DNA of 64,000 nucleotides from Eubacterium sp. (GTDB lineage Bacteria; Bacillota; Clostridia; Lachnospirales; Lachnospiraceae). Positions 9,432 to 19,084 of the stretch are shown here, piece by piece; position 1 is the stretch's first letter, and each line of letters starts with the position of its first letter. A program made the position numbers and the translations under genes. Where the stretch lies: assembly GCA_017480495.1 (NCBI GenBank), contig JAFVAQ010000035.1, forward strand, positions 29,845 through 93,844, in the 5' to 3' direction. A model generated the notes under the pieces. The model was not told where the DNA came from, ran no database searches, and saw only the letters and a program-made list of their open reading frames with translations.

Positions 9432-11453
9432 TTACTTATTATCTTTTTTCTTCTTTATCTTTTCTTTCGCTTTTCTAACTTTCTTAGCGTTCTTTTCCTT
9501 CTGTGCCTTCTCGGCTTTCTCTTCCTTCGTAGGCTTAGCAATTTTTTCTGTCTTAGCTGTTTTCTCGGTCTTAGCCGCTTTCTCAGTCTTGGCTGTTTTC
9601 TCGGTCTTTTCTACCTTTTCAGCTTCCGCCGTCTTCTCTTCTGGAGCATTTATCAGTCTATCACTGTGGTCCTTCAAAATAGGATCAATGTACTGAGATT
9701 CGTAGTAATGATAGAGCGCCTTATATTCTTCACTATGCTTGTCACTTGCATGACCATGCATCTCGTCGAAGTCATCATCTTTTCTAACCTTCTTGATAAC
9801 ATGAAGCGAGATATTCGCTGCATGAGAGGCTATTCGTTCGAAGCTATTAACCAGGTCAAAGAGGGATACACCACCTGCTATACTACAGGTACCTTCCTGA
9901 AGTCTATCCACATGGTGAGACTTGATGATTTCCTTCATCTCGTCTATCGCAGTGGAAAGCGGTTCTACTCTAACCGCCATCGAGATATCATCTTCTTTAA
10001 AGGCAGTAACCGTCGTATCGACTGTATACTTAACTGCCTCTATGATTGTCTCTACTTCCTTATGTCCTGAAGGAGAGAAATGTATCTCCTGCTCATTTTT
10101 ATCTCTAGCTACATAGGCGATATTCATACAATAATCGCCCATACGTTCGAAGTCTCCGATAGAATTCAGTATCTCGTAAACCGTCAGCTTATCGTCCAGC
10201 GGAAGTCTCTTTCGATTAATTCTAACTATGTAAGCGGAAAGCACGGTTTCACATTTATCGATAAAGGCCTCATTCTCTTCCATCTTCGGAATGAGTGTGT
10301 CGTCGTATTTATATATCATATCTGTTGCCAGCTGGTAGTTCTCCTGAACTGCCTCGCTCATCTTCTGGATGAGGGACTTACACTGTTCTAGTGCGATAGT
10401 TGGTGTATTCAGTAGCATGTCATCCAGCTTCGCAAGTTCTCTGTCTGCTGGCTTCTCGCCGTCTCCTCCAACAACCTTCTCTGTAAACTCAGATACTTTA
10501 CTGGAGAATGGAAGAAGTATCATACTTGTCAGGAAGTTAAAGAGGAAGTGAAGTGTAGCGATGCTACCTCTATTAACCGAGTCATGCATGAATGGAAGTC
10601 CAACCGTGTGATGCAGCAGATATATAAGCACTGTGAAGAGGACTGCTCCAAATACGTTGAAGAATATATATCCGATTACCAGTCTCTTCGCTTTCTTATT
10701 AGCACCGATTCCACCGATTATCGTGGTGGAGCATTTTCCAAGGTTCTCTCCTATTATTATTGGAATAGCTACGCTGTAGGAAATAACACCTGTCGCAGAC
10801 AGCGCCTGGAGAAGACCTACAGAAGCGTTCGAGCTTTGCAGAATAACTGTGATCACGAGACCGATGAGGATACCCAGAAGCGGATTCTCAAAGGAGGTGA
10901 ACATCTCTTTGAAGTTCCCATTTTCTTTGAAAGGAGCAAAGACTGACTCCATTAGAGTCATTCCATAGAAAAGCATACCGAGACCTACGAAGATTCCGGC
11001 AACGTTCTTAGCTTTCTTGTTCTTGGAAAATAGTATGATAAATGCACCTATGCCCACAAGGATAGGAGCAAAGGAAGATGGTTGAAGTAATTGAAGTATC
11101 AGGTTGTCGCTTCCAATATCACCCAGACGAAGAATCTGTGAGGTAACTGTACTACCGACATTTGCGCCAAATACTACAGGCATAGCCTGGGCAACCTTCA
11201 TGATTCCGGCATTTACGAAACCTATAAGCATTATAGTGGTGGCTGCAGAGTTCTGAATGATACCGGTAACTCCTACACCGAAGCCCCAGCCCTTTACAAC
11301 GCCGACGCCTTTTTTCTTACTAGTTGTAACTCTCTCAAGGATTCTCTCGAGACCTGATCCAGTCAGCTTCTCAAGAGAGGAACTCATCTGGCTCATACCA
11401 AAGAGAAATAGTCCTATTCCACCTAGCAATTGTAATATCGAAATTATATCCAT
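9432..11453 (-). CDS. Na/Pi cotransporter family protein with PhoU-like domains
   Basis: GGIGLFLFGM, QNSAAT, GANVGST, DFERMGD/SFERIA; K/E/T/A repeat tail. Confidence 0.9.
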   Translation of the reverse strand: MDIISILQLLGGIGLFLFGMSQMSSSLEKLTGSGLERILERVTTSKKKGVGVVKGWGFGVGVTGIIQNSAATTIMLIGFVNAGIMKVAQAMPVVFGANVGSTVTSQILRLGDIGSDNLILQLLQPSSFAPILVGIGAFIILFSKNKKAKNVAGIFVGLGMLFYGMTLMESVFAPFKENGNFKEMFTSFENPLLGILIGLVITVILQSSNASVGLLQALSATGVISYSVAIPIIIGENLGKCSTTIIGGIGANKKAKRLVIGYIFFNVFGAVLFTVLIYLLHHTVGLPFMHDSVNRGSIATLHFLFNFLTSMILLPFSSKVSEFTEKVVGGDGEKPADRELAKLDDMLLNTPTIALEQCKSLIQKMSEAVQENYQLATDMIYKYDDTLIPKMEENEAFIDKCETVLSAYIVRINRKRLPLDDKLTVYEILNSIGDFERMGDYCMNIAYVARDKNEQEIHFSPSGHKEVETIIEAVKYTVDTTVTAFKEDDISMAVRVEPLSTAIDEMKEIIKSHHVDRLQEGTCSIAGGVSLFDLVNSFERIASHAANISLHVIKKVRKDDDFDEMHGHASDKHSEEYKALYHYYESQYIDPILKDHSDRLINAPEEKTAEAEKVEKTEKTAKTEKAAKTEKTAKTEKIAKPTKEEKAEKAQKEKNAKKVRKAKEKIKKKKDNK

Positions 11454-11549
11454 CAGATAATAAACTCCTGTTATTTGTCCTAATAACTCAGTTTTTTATT
11501 GTACCACATTATCTGAGGATATAAAAGAAATATTAGTTTTTTCCAATAT

Positions 11550-11574
11550 AAAAGGGAGAGGCTAACCTCTCCCT
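11550..11574 (-). terminator. Intrinsic terminator after acyl-CoA synthetase
   Basis: AGGGAGAGG/CCTCTCCCT stem followed by T-tract on minus strand. Confidence 0.75.
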
Positions 11575-11586
11575 GTAAATCCGGCT

Positions 11587-13212
11587 TTATTTCTCTGCAT
11601 CATTTGCAGGTGCAGCACCAGGTATATTCTTGTATCTTACTATCTTCATAGTAGCATTTTTGATGAATTCCTCGTTACGAAGCTTGACAGTAGCTATCTG
11701 CTTATACATAGGTCTTCCCTTGTTAACCTTGTTCTTCAACTTCTCGAAGTACTGAACATCATCTCTATGATCCTCTGTAGGATAGATCTCAGCTACGATC
11801 TTACCATTCTCATCATATACAAGAGCCTCTTCAACCGCATTATCACGAAGGATATTCTGCTCCAGTTCCTCTGGTGAGATATTCTCACCGTTGCTAAGAA
11901 TGATCAGGTTCTTCTTTCTACCTGTAAGGAAGATGAAGTTGTCCTCATCTACATATCCCAGGTCACCTGTATGATACCAGCCATCCTGAAGCGCTTCAGC
12001 TGTAGCTTCTTCATTCTTGTAATAGCCCTTCATGACTATCTCACCCTTGAAGCAAAGCTCGCCATCCTCTGTTGCCTTAGCCTCAAGTCCTGGTACAAGA
12101 TGTCCAACGCTTCCGTCCTTGCGGAAATGTGGTCTGTTAACTGCAGTAACAGGTGAGCACTCTGTAGCACCGTAACCATTTAGTATCTCGATACCCCATG
12201 TACGGAATTCCTTTACATACATTGGATCAAGTGCAGCACCACCGCAGATGATATATTCAAGATTTCCACCGAATACCTTCTGGATGGAACCATAGGTCTT
12301 CTTTCTTACATCTACGCCTGTCTTGAGGAGAAGGTCTGTAGACTTCATGAGACCCTTAAACGCCTGAGTAGCGCCTCTCTTAGCTATCTCAGCCCATATC
12401 TGCTTATGGAAGAACTCCACAAACATTGGAACAAGGAACATTGTCTGAGGACCGAACTCAGCCATTTCCTTCTTAACATACTTAAGACTCTTATTGATAT
12501 AGATAGGCTTTCCGTAGTTTACAACCATGAGGATTCCAACCACCAGACCGAAGGCATGATGGAATGGAAGTACTGCGAGTACGCCACCCTTTGGCTCGAA
12601 AAGCATACTTGTATGAACTATTTCATAAGCGATGTTGTGGTTTGTAAGCTCAACACCCTTGCTAACTCCTGAAGTACCTGATGTGAAAAGAATAGTCGCT
12701 GTTTTCTCCGGAACTATCTCATAATTCAGGAAGTCTGTCTCTCCGTCCTTCAGAAGCTGTCTACCCTCTGACATATAGTCATCATATTCCTTGAGGTTAT
12801 AGCATTTCTTGGCAGCCTTCTTGTTGATTTTCTCAAAGTATGTATTTGTCGCAAATGCAACATCTACGTCGCCCATCTTCGCAAGATCTACAACTTCTTC
12901 TTCTGGAAGATTCTTATCTATTGCTACCGCTACATTTCCACCGAGCACAGTTGCAAAATAAGCTACCAGCCATTCGTAAGAATTCTCACCGATTATAGCA
13001 ACATGCTTATCCTTTATCTTCTTCTGATACATCCAGGCACCAAGCGCATTTACATCCTCTTTGAAGTCCAGATAAGTCTTCTTCATCTCACCTGTTTCAC
13101 ATGGATATACAAACGCTGTTTCATCTGGATGCTCATCAGCCTGCCTATTTAATAAATGCTTCAGATCATTCATAATAGGCGGCTCATTAAACGGATATGG
13201 TTTATTTTTCAT
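11587..13212 (-). CDS. Long-chain acyl-CoA synthetase (AMP-binding)
   Basis: FTSGTSGVSKG, NGYGATE, YHTGDLG, GRKKNLIILSNGENI. Confidence 0.9.
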   Translation of the reverse strand: MKNKPYPFNEPPIMNDLKHLLNRQADEHPDETAFVYPCETGEMKKTYLDFKEDVNALGAWMYQKKIKDKHVAIIGENSYEWLVAYFATVLGGNVAVAIDKNLPEEEVVDLAKMGDVDVAFATNTYFEKINKKAAKKCYNLKEYDDYMSEGRQLLKDGETDFLNYEIVPEKTATILFTSGTSGVSKGVELTNHNIAYEIVHTSMLFEPKGGVLAVLPFHHAFGLVVGILMVVNYGKPIYINKSLKYVKKEMAEFGPQTMFLVPMFVEFFHKQIWAEIAKRGATQAFKGLMKSTDLLLKTGVDVRKKTYGSIQKVFGGNLEYIICGGAALDPMYVKEFRTWGIEILNGYGATECSPVTAVNRPHFRKDGSVGHLVPGLEAKATEDGELCFKGEIVMKGYYKNEEATAEALQDGWYHTGDLGYVDEDNFIFLTGRKKNLIILSNGENISPEELEQNILRDNAVEEALVYDENGKIVAEIYPTEDHRDDVQYFEKLKNKVNKGRPMYKQIATVKLRNEEFIKNATMKIVRYKNIPGAAPANDAEK

Positions 13213-13331
13213 TTCGTAATTCCTCCAACTTTTTGTCGAAAACCGTCCTCGAAATGGTTTCCCGAACGGTCAGCAAAGAGTATCATATCACAATATTTTT
13301 TCGTAGAAAAGCTAGTAATGAAAACTACGTG

Positions 13332-14921
13332 TTACATTGTAATGCCCGCTCCAGTATTTGGTGAAATAACGGACCACACGAGGTCGGCAAGGAATAGAAT
13401 AATAAGCACCGCACAAAGTATCTTCCTACTCTTCATTCCCATCTTCTGATATAGGTCATCCAGCATTGGAGAGAATACATAGGTAAATGCCATTCCCGCC
13501 ATTCCGAAGACCAGAAGTCCTTCGAAGCAGACTCTGCCGTGGATATTCAGGAAGTATCCTGTATAGTCCCACCACTTCTTGTGGAGGAAGGTCTCGAGCG
13601 CCCACGCGGTAGTATATTCGACTACGCCGCAGACTGTAGTTGCACCTATGAAGAGCCAAACCGGTTTATCTCTGAGTGGCTTCAACAGAAGTATGATCAG
13701 GATTCCACCGCAACCGTAGATAGGAAGCCATGGTCCATGCATAGTTCCGCGGTTAACCACCATACCTGTTGATACGATGTAGTAGAATACTTCCCACAGC
13801 CAACCCACAAGGGAATAGGTGAAGAAAAGCTCTACCAGTGAAACGAAGGAATATTTTCTGTTATAGTCCTCAGCGATGCTTCTGATGTGAAGCTGAGGAA
13901 TATCCAGCACCTCTTCTCCAGATGGGTGTTCTCTCTCTTCGATATGTTCTATTGCAAGCATGTCGTCATTTAGCCATTTACGGAGGCCAAGCGCGAGCTG
14001 CTCATGTTTTGCATTTCTTATTCTCATATAGAGTTCAGCCTTAACGCACTGAACATATGCATCTGAGAAGAAAAGTGAAGATAAATTATAGGTCACGGAT
14101 GAAAGGATAGTCCACGGGAAGAGGGATACATCGAGCACGAAAGTTCTCCACTTCTCGCCCATCATCAGCTGTTTAGATATCTTGAAGGCATCCTTCCAGT
14201 TAGTCTGTGGATTCTCAGCAATGATATATGGAATGAGCAGATATTCATAATGCTTTATGATTCCGCCCACGATAGTGAGATTCCATAGAAGCTGGAAGAT
14301 ATATCTAAGAAACATAACCAGCGAAATGTTCTTCAGTCTTTTATTCTTATATGGGAATAGTAATTCTCCAGGACCTGTCTCGTGATATCTTCTCTGTTCC
14401 AGGAAGTACCTGTTGTTGCCTACCACGATTACATTTTTCACAAATACGAAAATGAATATCGATATGATTGAAAAGATAAAAATGATAATAGAGTTCGCAA
14501 TCTTGCCCTTGAATATCAATTGGTTCAGACCGTTGACTATACCAAAAATAAAGGACTGGCTACCTGTCATCTCATTGACAAATATAGAGGCCACGCCTCC
14601 ATAATAATCCGTAGAGGTGTATGACACCTCATCAGGATTAGGTACGTCCTTTATTCCGAATACGTTTCTAACAAACTGCTGAACGATCATCGCATTGGAA
14701 CTATTGGTGGACTTACCACCGAATCCATTTATCAGGAAATAGTCCTCTGACTTCAGTACATTTATATCGATTTCAGATCCATTACTCTGAGTAGCGAACT
14801 GATAACCACCTGCGATTATGATTGAAACAATAAATGTTATCAGTATATTTAAATAATACTTTCTCTTGAGATTCTTCCACGCTTCGCGTCTTATCTCAGT
14901 ACGAACAACCTTCGTTAACAT
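13332..14921 (-). CDS. DUF975 membrane domain fused to a putative ABC permease (DUF1113/CmpB-like) domain
   Basis: Y.LIPYIIAENP...S..LM.G.KW motif, then GWLWEV...NRGTMHGPWLPIYG and WWDY motifs. Confidence 0.75.
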   Translation of the reverse strand: MLTKVVRTEIRREAWKNLKRKYYLNILITFIVSIIIAGGYQFATQSNGSEIDINVLKSEDYFLINGFGGKSTNSSNAMIVQQFVRNVFGIKDVPNPDEVSYTSTDYYGGVASIFVNEMTGSQSFIFGIVNGLNQLIFKGKIANSIIIFIFSIISIFIFVFVKNVIVVGNNRYFLEQRRYHETGPGELLFPYKNKRLKNISLVMFLRYIFQLLWNLTIVGGIIKHYEYLLIPYIIAENPQTNWKDAFKISKQLMMGEKWRTFVLDVSLFPWTILSSVTYNLSSLFFSDAYVQCVKAELYMRIRNAKHEQLALGLRKWLNDDMLAIEHIEEREHPSGEEVLDIPQLHIRSIAEDYNRKYSFVSLVELFFTYSLVGWLWEVFYYIVSTGMVVNRGTMHGPWLPIYGCGGILIILLLKPLRDKPVWLFIGATTVCGVVEYTTAWALETFLHKKWWDYTGYFLNIHGRVCFEGLLVFGMAGMAFTYVFSPMLDDLYQKMGMKSRKILCAVLIILFLADLVWSVISPNTGAGITM

Positions 14922-14924
14922 AGC

Positions 14925-15503
14925 TTACAGTCTCTCTTTTACCTTCTCGCCTACGGCTTTTATTTTTTCGATCTTATCTACAAAACCCTTGATATCATCG
15001 ATCTTTTCCTTGAGGTTCCTTATGTCCTCAATCTTGTCTTCACCGAAGCTTCTAGCATCTGCAAGCTTGTTCTCTCCGAAGTTTCTTGCTTTAGCAATCT
15101 TATTCTCTCCATAGATTCTTACATCTGCAATCTTATTCTGTCCAAGAACCTTGATATCTCCAAGCTTCTCTCCAAGCTCGCCGGTCTTTGCATCGATCAC
15201 TATCTTGAGCGGTGTAAGTAAAACTGTTGCTATTCCAAGTGAAATAGTTCCGATAACTATTCCAAGTATACCCCTTCTTATTTTTCTCTTTCTCTTCTTA
15301 CGAGCCTTATGCTCCTTCAGGAGCTTAAACTTCTCATATTCCTCTTCGTCGTCTACAGACTCCTGCGCCTTCTTCTTCATTTTACGGGCAGATATCAGGC
15401 TGAATATACCGTATCCTATAAGTCCAGCCCCTGCTACAGCAGTGCCACCAATTAGTATGACATCGCTATCGATTTCTCTTTTTCCCACAAGTACTTTCGC
15501 CAT
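14925..15503 (-). CDS. Hypothetical 2-TM protein with 11-residue repeats
   Basis: Two TMs; GENKIA/GENKLA/GEDKIE repeats. Confidence 0.7.
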   Translation of the reverse strand: MAKVLVGKREIDSDVILIGGTAVAGAGLIGYGIFSLISARKMKKKAQESVDDEEEYEKFKLLKEHKARKKRKRKIRRGILGIVIGTISLGIATVLLTPLKIVIDAKTGELGEKLGDIKVLGQNKIADVRIYGENKIAKARNFGENKLADARSFGEDKIEDIRNLKEKIDDIKGFVDKIEKIKAVGEKVKERL

Positions 15504-15582
15504 AATAACCTCTCCTCTTCTTATAGTTTTAAACTCTTTCTATTGTAACACAAGTTCAAACGACTAAAAAGAGAAAAACTCA

Positions 15583-16491
15583 TTAAAAAAGTCCCTTGCT
15601 GATATATCTATCTCCGCGGTCCGGAAGGATTGCGACAATATTTCCTTCGTCCACTTCTTCTGCCAGCTTAAGAGCTGCATAGAGGGCCGCCCCCGAAGAA
15701 GATCCCGCAAGGATTCCTTCCTTTGCAGCAAGAAGTCTAGAAGTAGTAAATGCATTATCGTCTGTTATCTTGATAACCTTATCAATGAGAGTTACATCCA
15801 TAGTGTCGGCAATGAAGTCATTTCCGATTCCCTCTATGTCGTAATCTGCGTGTTCGCCGCCACCGATGATAGAACCAATTGGATCCGCAAGCACTCCCTG
15901 GATATTGGAGTTCTGTTCCTTGAGATACTTTACAACTCCTGAAAATGTACCACCGCTTCCTGCCCCTGCCACCAGATAGTCTATCTGGCCATCGAGCTGT
16001 CTATATATCTCAGGGCCTGTTGTCTCGTAGTGGGACTGAGGATTGGAAGGATTGTGGAACTGCTTCATGGAAACCGCACCTGGAATGGAGGCGATGATCT
16101 CATCCGCCTTTCTGTCCGCTCCCAGCATTCCTTCCTCTCTAGGGGTATGAACTATCTCTGCCCCGAGTGCAGCCATAACACGCTGCTTCTCAATAGAAAA
16201 TTTCTCAGGAACTGCAAAGATTATCTTGTAGCCCTTGTTGAGTGCTGCAACTGCAATTCCTATTCCGGTATTGCCGGCAGTTGCTTCCACAATAGTTCCC
16301 CCCGGCTTAAGGATTCCTCTTCTCTCTGCATCCTCTATCATATAAATTCCAACTCTATCCTTTACACTTCCTGCAGGATTCATGAGTTCAAGCTTCGCAT
16401 ATACATTTACACCTGGCTTAACTCCGAGGTGATTAAGTTTTAATATCGGAGTATTTCCGATCATTTCCTGTACGCTGTTATATACTTCCAT
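15583..16491 (-). CDS. mccA: PLP cysteine synthase family; O-acetylserine-dependent cystathionine beta-synthase-like
   Basis: NPAGSVKDR, EATAGNTG, GAGSGGT; paired with a gamma-lyase as in B. subtilis mccAB. Confidence 0.8.
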   Translation of the reverse strand: MEVYNSVQEMIGNTPILKLNHLGVKPGVNVYAKLELMNPAGSVKDRVGIYMIEDAERRGILKPGGTIVEATAGNTGIGIAVAALNKGYKIIFAVPEKFSIEKQRVMAALGAEIVHTPREEGMLGADRKADEIIASIPGAVSMKQFHNPSNPQSHYETTGPEIYRQLDGQIDYLVAGAGSGGTFSGVVKYLKEQNSNIQGVLADPIGSIIGGGEHADYDIEGIGNDFIADTMDVTLIDKVIKITDDNAFTTSRLLAAKEGILAGSSSGAALYAALKLAEEVDEGNIVAILPDRGDRYISKGLF

Positions 16492-16514
16492 TTTTGCACC
16501 TTTCTATTTTTTAA

Positions 16515-17681
16515 CTACTTGGATTCCTTGATAGCCTGCTCGATATCTGCGATGATATCATCTACATCTTCAATTCCAACGGAGAGTCGGATGAGCTCAT
16601 CTGTGATTCCAACTGTTTCTCTGATATCCTTTGGAATAGCCGCGTGTGTCATAGAAGCCGGGTGGCATACAAGGGACTCCACTCCACCGAGGCTCTCTGC
16701 GAGAGTAACAAGCTTGAGAGACTTGAAGAATCTCCTGTAGTCATACTCCTTCTTAAGAGTAAAGGAGATCATCGCGCCCGGACCATCGGCCTGTTTCTTC
16801 TGAACCTCATAGCCAGGGTCAGACTTAAGACCTGGGTAGTAAACCTTATCTACGTAGCCGCTGGATACCAGCCACTCTGCAACCTTCTCTGCATTCTGAA
16901 CGTGACGGTCCATTCTAACTCCGAGGGTCTTGATACCTCTAATCATCAGGTAGCTGTCCCAAGGACCAAGTACGCCGCCGATGGCATTTTGCAGATAATA
17001 GAGTCTATCTGCGATTTCCTTATCATTTACAACTACAAAGCCTGAAACTGTATCACTGTGTCCACCGAGGTATTTAGTTCCACTGTGGATAACGATGTCT
17101 GCACCGAGAGAGAGCGGTCTCTGAAGGTAAGGAGTGAGGAAGGTGTTGTCCACGATCACCTTCTTGTTATAGATCTTCGCAAGCTCTGATACCTCTTCGA
17201 TATCTGTAACTGTGAGGAGAGGGTTGGCTGGGCTCTCTATGTAAACCGCCTTTATCTCATTTGCGCCGGCCGCATCCTCCTTCAGCACCTTCTCGATTTC
17301 GTCGAGGTCGGAGGTATTAACGATCGTGTAAGTGATTCCGAAATTCTTAAATACATTATCAAGTATTCTAAAGGTTCCTCCGTAGATATTATCAGAAACG
17401 ATGAGTCTGTCGCCTTCCTTAAATAGAGACAGCACCGTGTTGATTGCAGATAATCCTGAAGCAAAGGCTAGTCCATATTCGCCGCCTTCGAGGTCTGCTA
17501 CGAGCTTCTCCAGAGCTGCTCTGGTTGGATTTCCTGTTCTGGAATATTCCCAGCCTCTATTCTCTCCGAGGCCATCCTGCTTATATGTTGAAGTTTGGTA
17601 GATAGGTACATTTACAGCACCTGTTCTTTCGTCTCCATCTATACCACCGTGAATTACTAATGAATTAAGTTTGATTGACAT
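16515..17681 (-). CDS. mccB: Cystathionine gamma-lyase/synthase (Cys/Met PLP family)
   Basis: YSRTGNPT, VDNTF, HSGTKYLGGHSD, AESLGGVESL. Confidence 0.85.
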   Translation of the reverse strand: MSIKLNSLVIHGGIDGDERTGAVNVPIYQTSTYKQDGLGENRGWEYSRTGNPTRAALEKLVADLEGGEYGLAFASGLSAINTVLSLFKEGDRLIVSDNIYGGTFRILDNVFKNFGITYTIVNTSDLDEIEKVLKEDAAGANEIKAVYIESPANPLLTVTDIEEVSELAKIYNKKVIVDNTFLTPYLQRPLSLGADIVIHSGTKYLGGHSDTVSGFVVVNDKEIADRLYYLQNAIGGVLGPWDSYLMIRGIKTLGVRMDRHVQNAEKVAEWLVSSGYVDKVYYPGLKSDPGYEVQKKQADGPGAMISFTLKKEYDYRRFFKSLKLVTLAESLGGVESLVCHPASMTHAAIPKDIRETVGITDELIRLSVGIEDVDDIIADIEQAIKESK

Positions 17682-17737
17682 TTTCTTATCTCCTATCTTT
17701 TCGTGATTAATTGTTCTTTAATGCTTTGCAAAAATGC

Positions 17738-17775
17738 AAAAGAAAAACCCGGAAGCTTTGTTCAAGCTCCCGGGT
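17738..17775 (-). terminator. Attenuator terminator in the leader of the cysteine operon
   Basis: ACCCGGGAGCTT-GAACA-AAGCTTCCGGGT followed by TTTTCTTTT. Confidence 0.85.
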
Positions 17776-17799
17776 AAATGGTTGGTTCTAAAAATGTTA

Positions 17800-17910
17800 T
17801 TAGAGAGGACGATAACATCGACATACTAAAACACCAGCCATATTACATGTCCGGGAACTCAGTATGCAGCAACAACAGTTATTCATTTTTGTCGCGAAAG
17901 ACTTTGTCAT
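17800..17910 (-). CDS. Cys-rich leader peptide MTKSFATKMNNCCCCILSSRTCNMAGVLVCRCYRPL (36 aa)
   Basis: Hand-translated; AAAGGA RBS; 7 Cys codons including 4 consecutive; between promoter and terminator upstream of the cysteine genes. Confidence 0.8.
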   Translation of the reverse strand: MTKSFATKMNNCCCCILSSRTCNMAGVLVCRCYRPL

Positions 17911-17967
17911 CTCTTTTATCCTTTTACTTTCTTTTGCAATCAAGCAAGTTTTCACTTGACGATGGTC

Positions 17968-18001
17968 ATCTTATCATCATTTACCTACCATGTCAATAGG
18001 T
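17968..18001 (-). promoter_or_regulatory. sigmaA promoter with an overlapping inverted repeat
   Basis: TTGACA-N17-TAAGAT with TGn extension; ACCTA-N9-TAGGT spans the -35. Confidence 0.8.
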
Positions 18002-18045
18002 TTTTAATTTTTCCACATAATTATTGGCTTTTTTATTAGTCCGGT

Positions 18046-19059
18046 TTAGTTTTGCTCTTGGATCATTTTCTTTACCGCCTTATCAAAATCTGATTCAATA
18101 GGCTGAGTCTTGTTAAATATCTCATATTCAGCATTTGCCTTATCCATCGCCTGCTTATGAGATATTCTTCCGTTATCCTTAAGAATCTTGTACTGACGGA
18201 ATTCAAGAAAAGCATTTACGCTCTTTTCAAACTCTTCCATCGTGAATACATTCTCACGCTCAATCAAATCCTCGATATAATCAAAATATCCTGTAACAGC
18301 ACGTTCCAGCCTGCGAATCTGCTTCTCCTCCAGATAATTCTTTGCAATCGAAACATCTGATTTCAGTATTCTGCCATCCGGAGCATTCTTCCAGGTTGTA
18401 AGTCCCATATGCTCTTTCTCATGATCTGCTGATTCATATACTATCTCTGCAGCGGTATGATCTGTGATTGCATAATGAAACTTGTTCTGTATCGTTGCAT
18501 AAAAATGATAAGCCACTTCGGAATCCTTTGAATAATCAATGCTACACTCAGCAAAAATATCTGTAATCTGCTGCCAGATACGCCGTTCGCTGGCACGAAT
18601 CGAACGAACACGCTCCAACAACTCGCGGAAGTAATCTTTTCCGAAAGCAGTTTTCCCTTGCTTCAGGCGGTCGTCATCCAGAACAAAGCCTTTTGTCATA
18701 TATTCTTTAAGAACGGTAGTTGCCCAGATGCGAAATTTTGTTGCTTTAATTGAATTTACACGATATCCAACAGAAATGATTGCGTCTAGATTATAGAAAA
18801 CCGGCGTTCTCTTTACATCTCTGTTTCCTTCTCTTTGAACTATTTCCATTTTGGAAATAGTTGCCTCCTTCACCAATTCACCTTCATCGTATATATTCGA
18901 AAGGTGCTTCGATATGTCAGGCACTTTGACACCAAAAAGCTCTGCCATCGCCTTCTGTGTAATCCAAATACTCTCGTCTTTAATGTATGCATCAACAGAA
19001 ACATCCCCTTCATCTGAATGATAGAGAACCATTTCCATCTGCTTATCAAAATCTCTCAT
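18046..19059 (-). CDS. RhuM family protein
   Basis: WITQKAMAELF, YNLDAIISVGYRVNS, IRASERR, QNKFHYA. Confidence 0.9.
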   Translation of the reverse strand: MRDFDKQMEMVLYHSDEGDVSVDAYIKDESIWITQKAMAELFGVKVPDISKHLSNIYDEGELVKEATISKMEIVQREGNRDVKRTPVFYNLDAIISVGYRVNSIKATKFRIWATTVLKEYMTKGFVLDDDRLKQGKTAFGKDYFRELLERVRSIRASERRIWQQITDIFAECSIDYSKDSEVAYHFYATIQNKFHYAITDHTAAEIVYESADHEKEHMGLTTWKNAPDGRILKSDVSIAKNYLEEKQIRRLERAVTGYFDYIEDLIERENVFTMEEFEKSVNAFLEFRQYKILKDNGRISHKQAMDKANAEYEIFNKTQPIESDFDKAVKKMIQEQN

Positions 19060-19084
19060 AGAAAGTTTTCCTCCTTTCCCTGTA

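Noticed and set aside
17682-17960. T-box or SAM riboswitch upstream of the cysteine genes
   Set aside because: No T-box or S-box consensus recognised; a leader peptide explains the terminator
17778-17999. 73-aa plus-strand ORF
   Set aside because: Antisense to the promoter, leader peptide and attenuator
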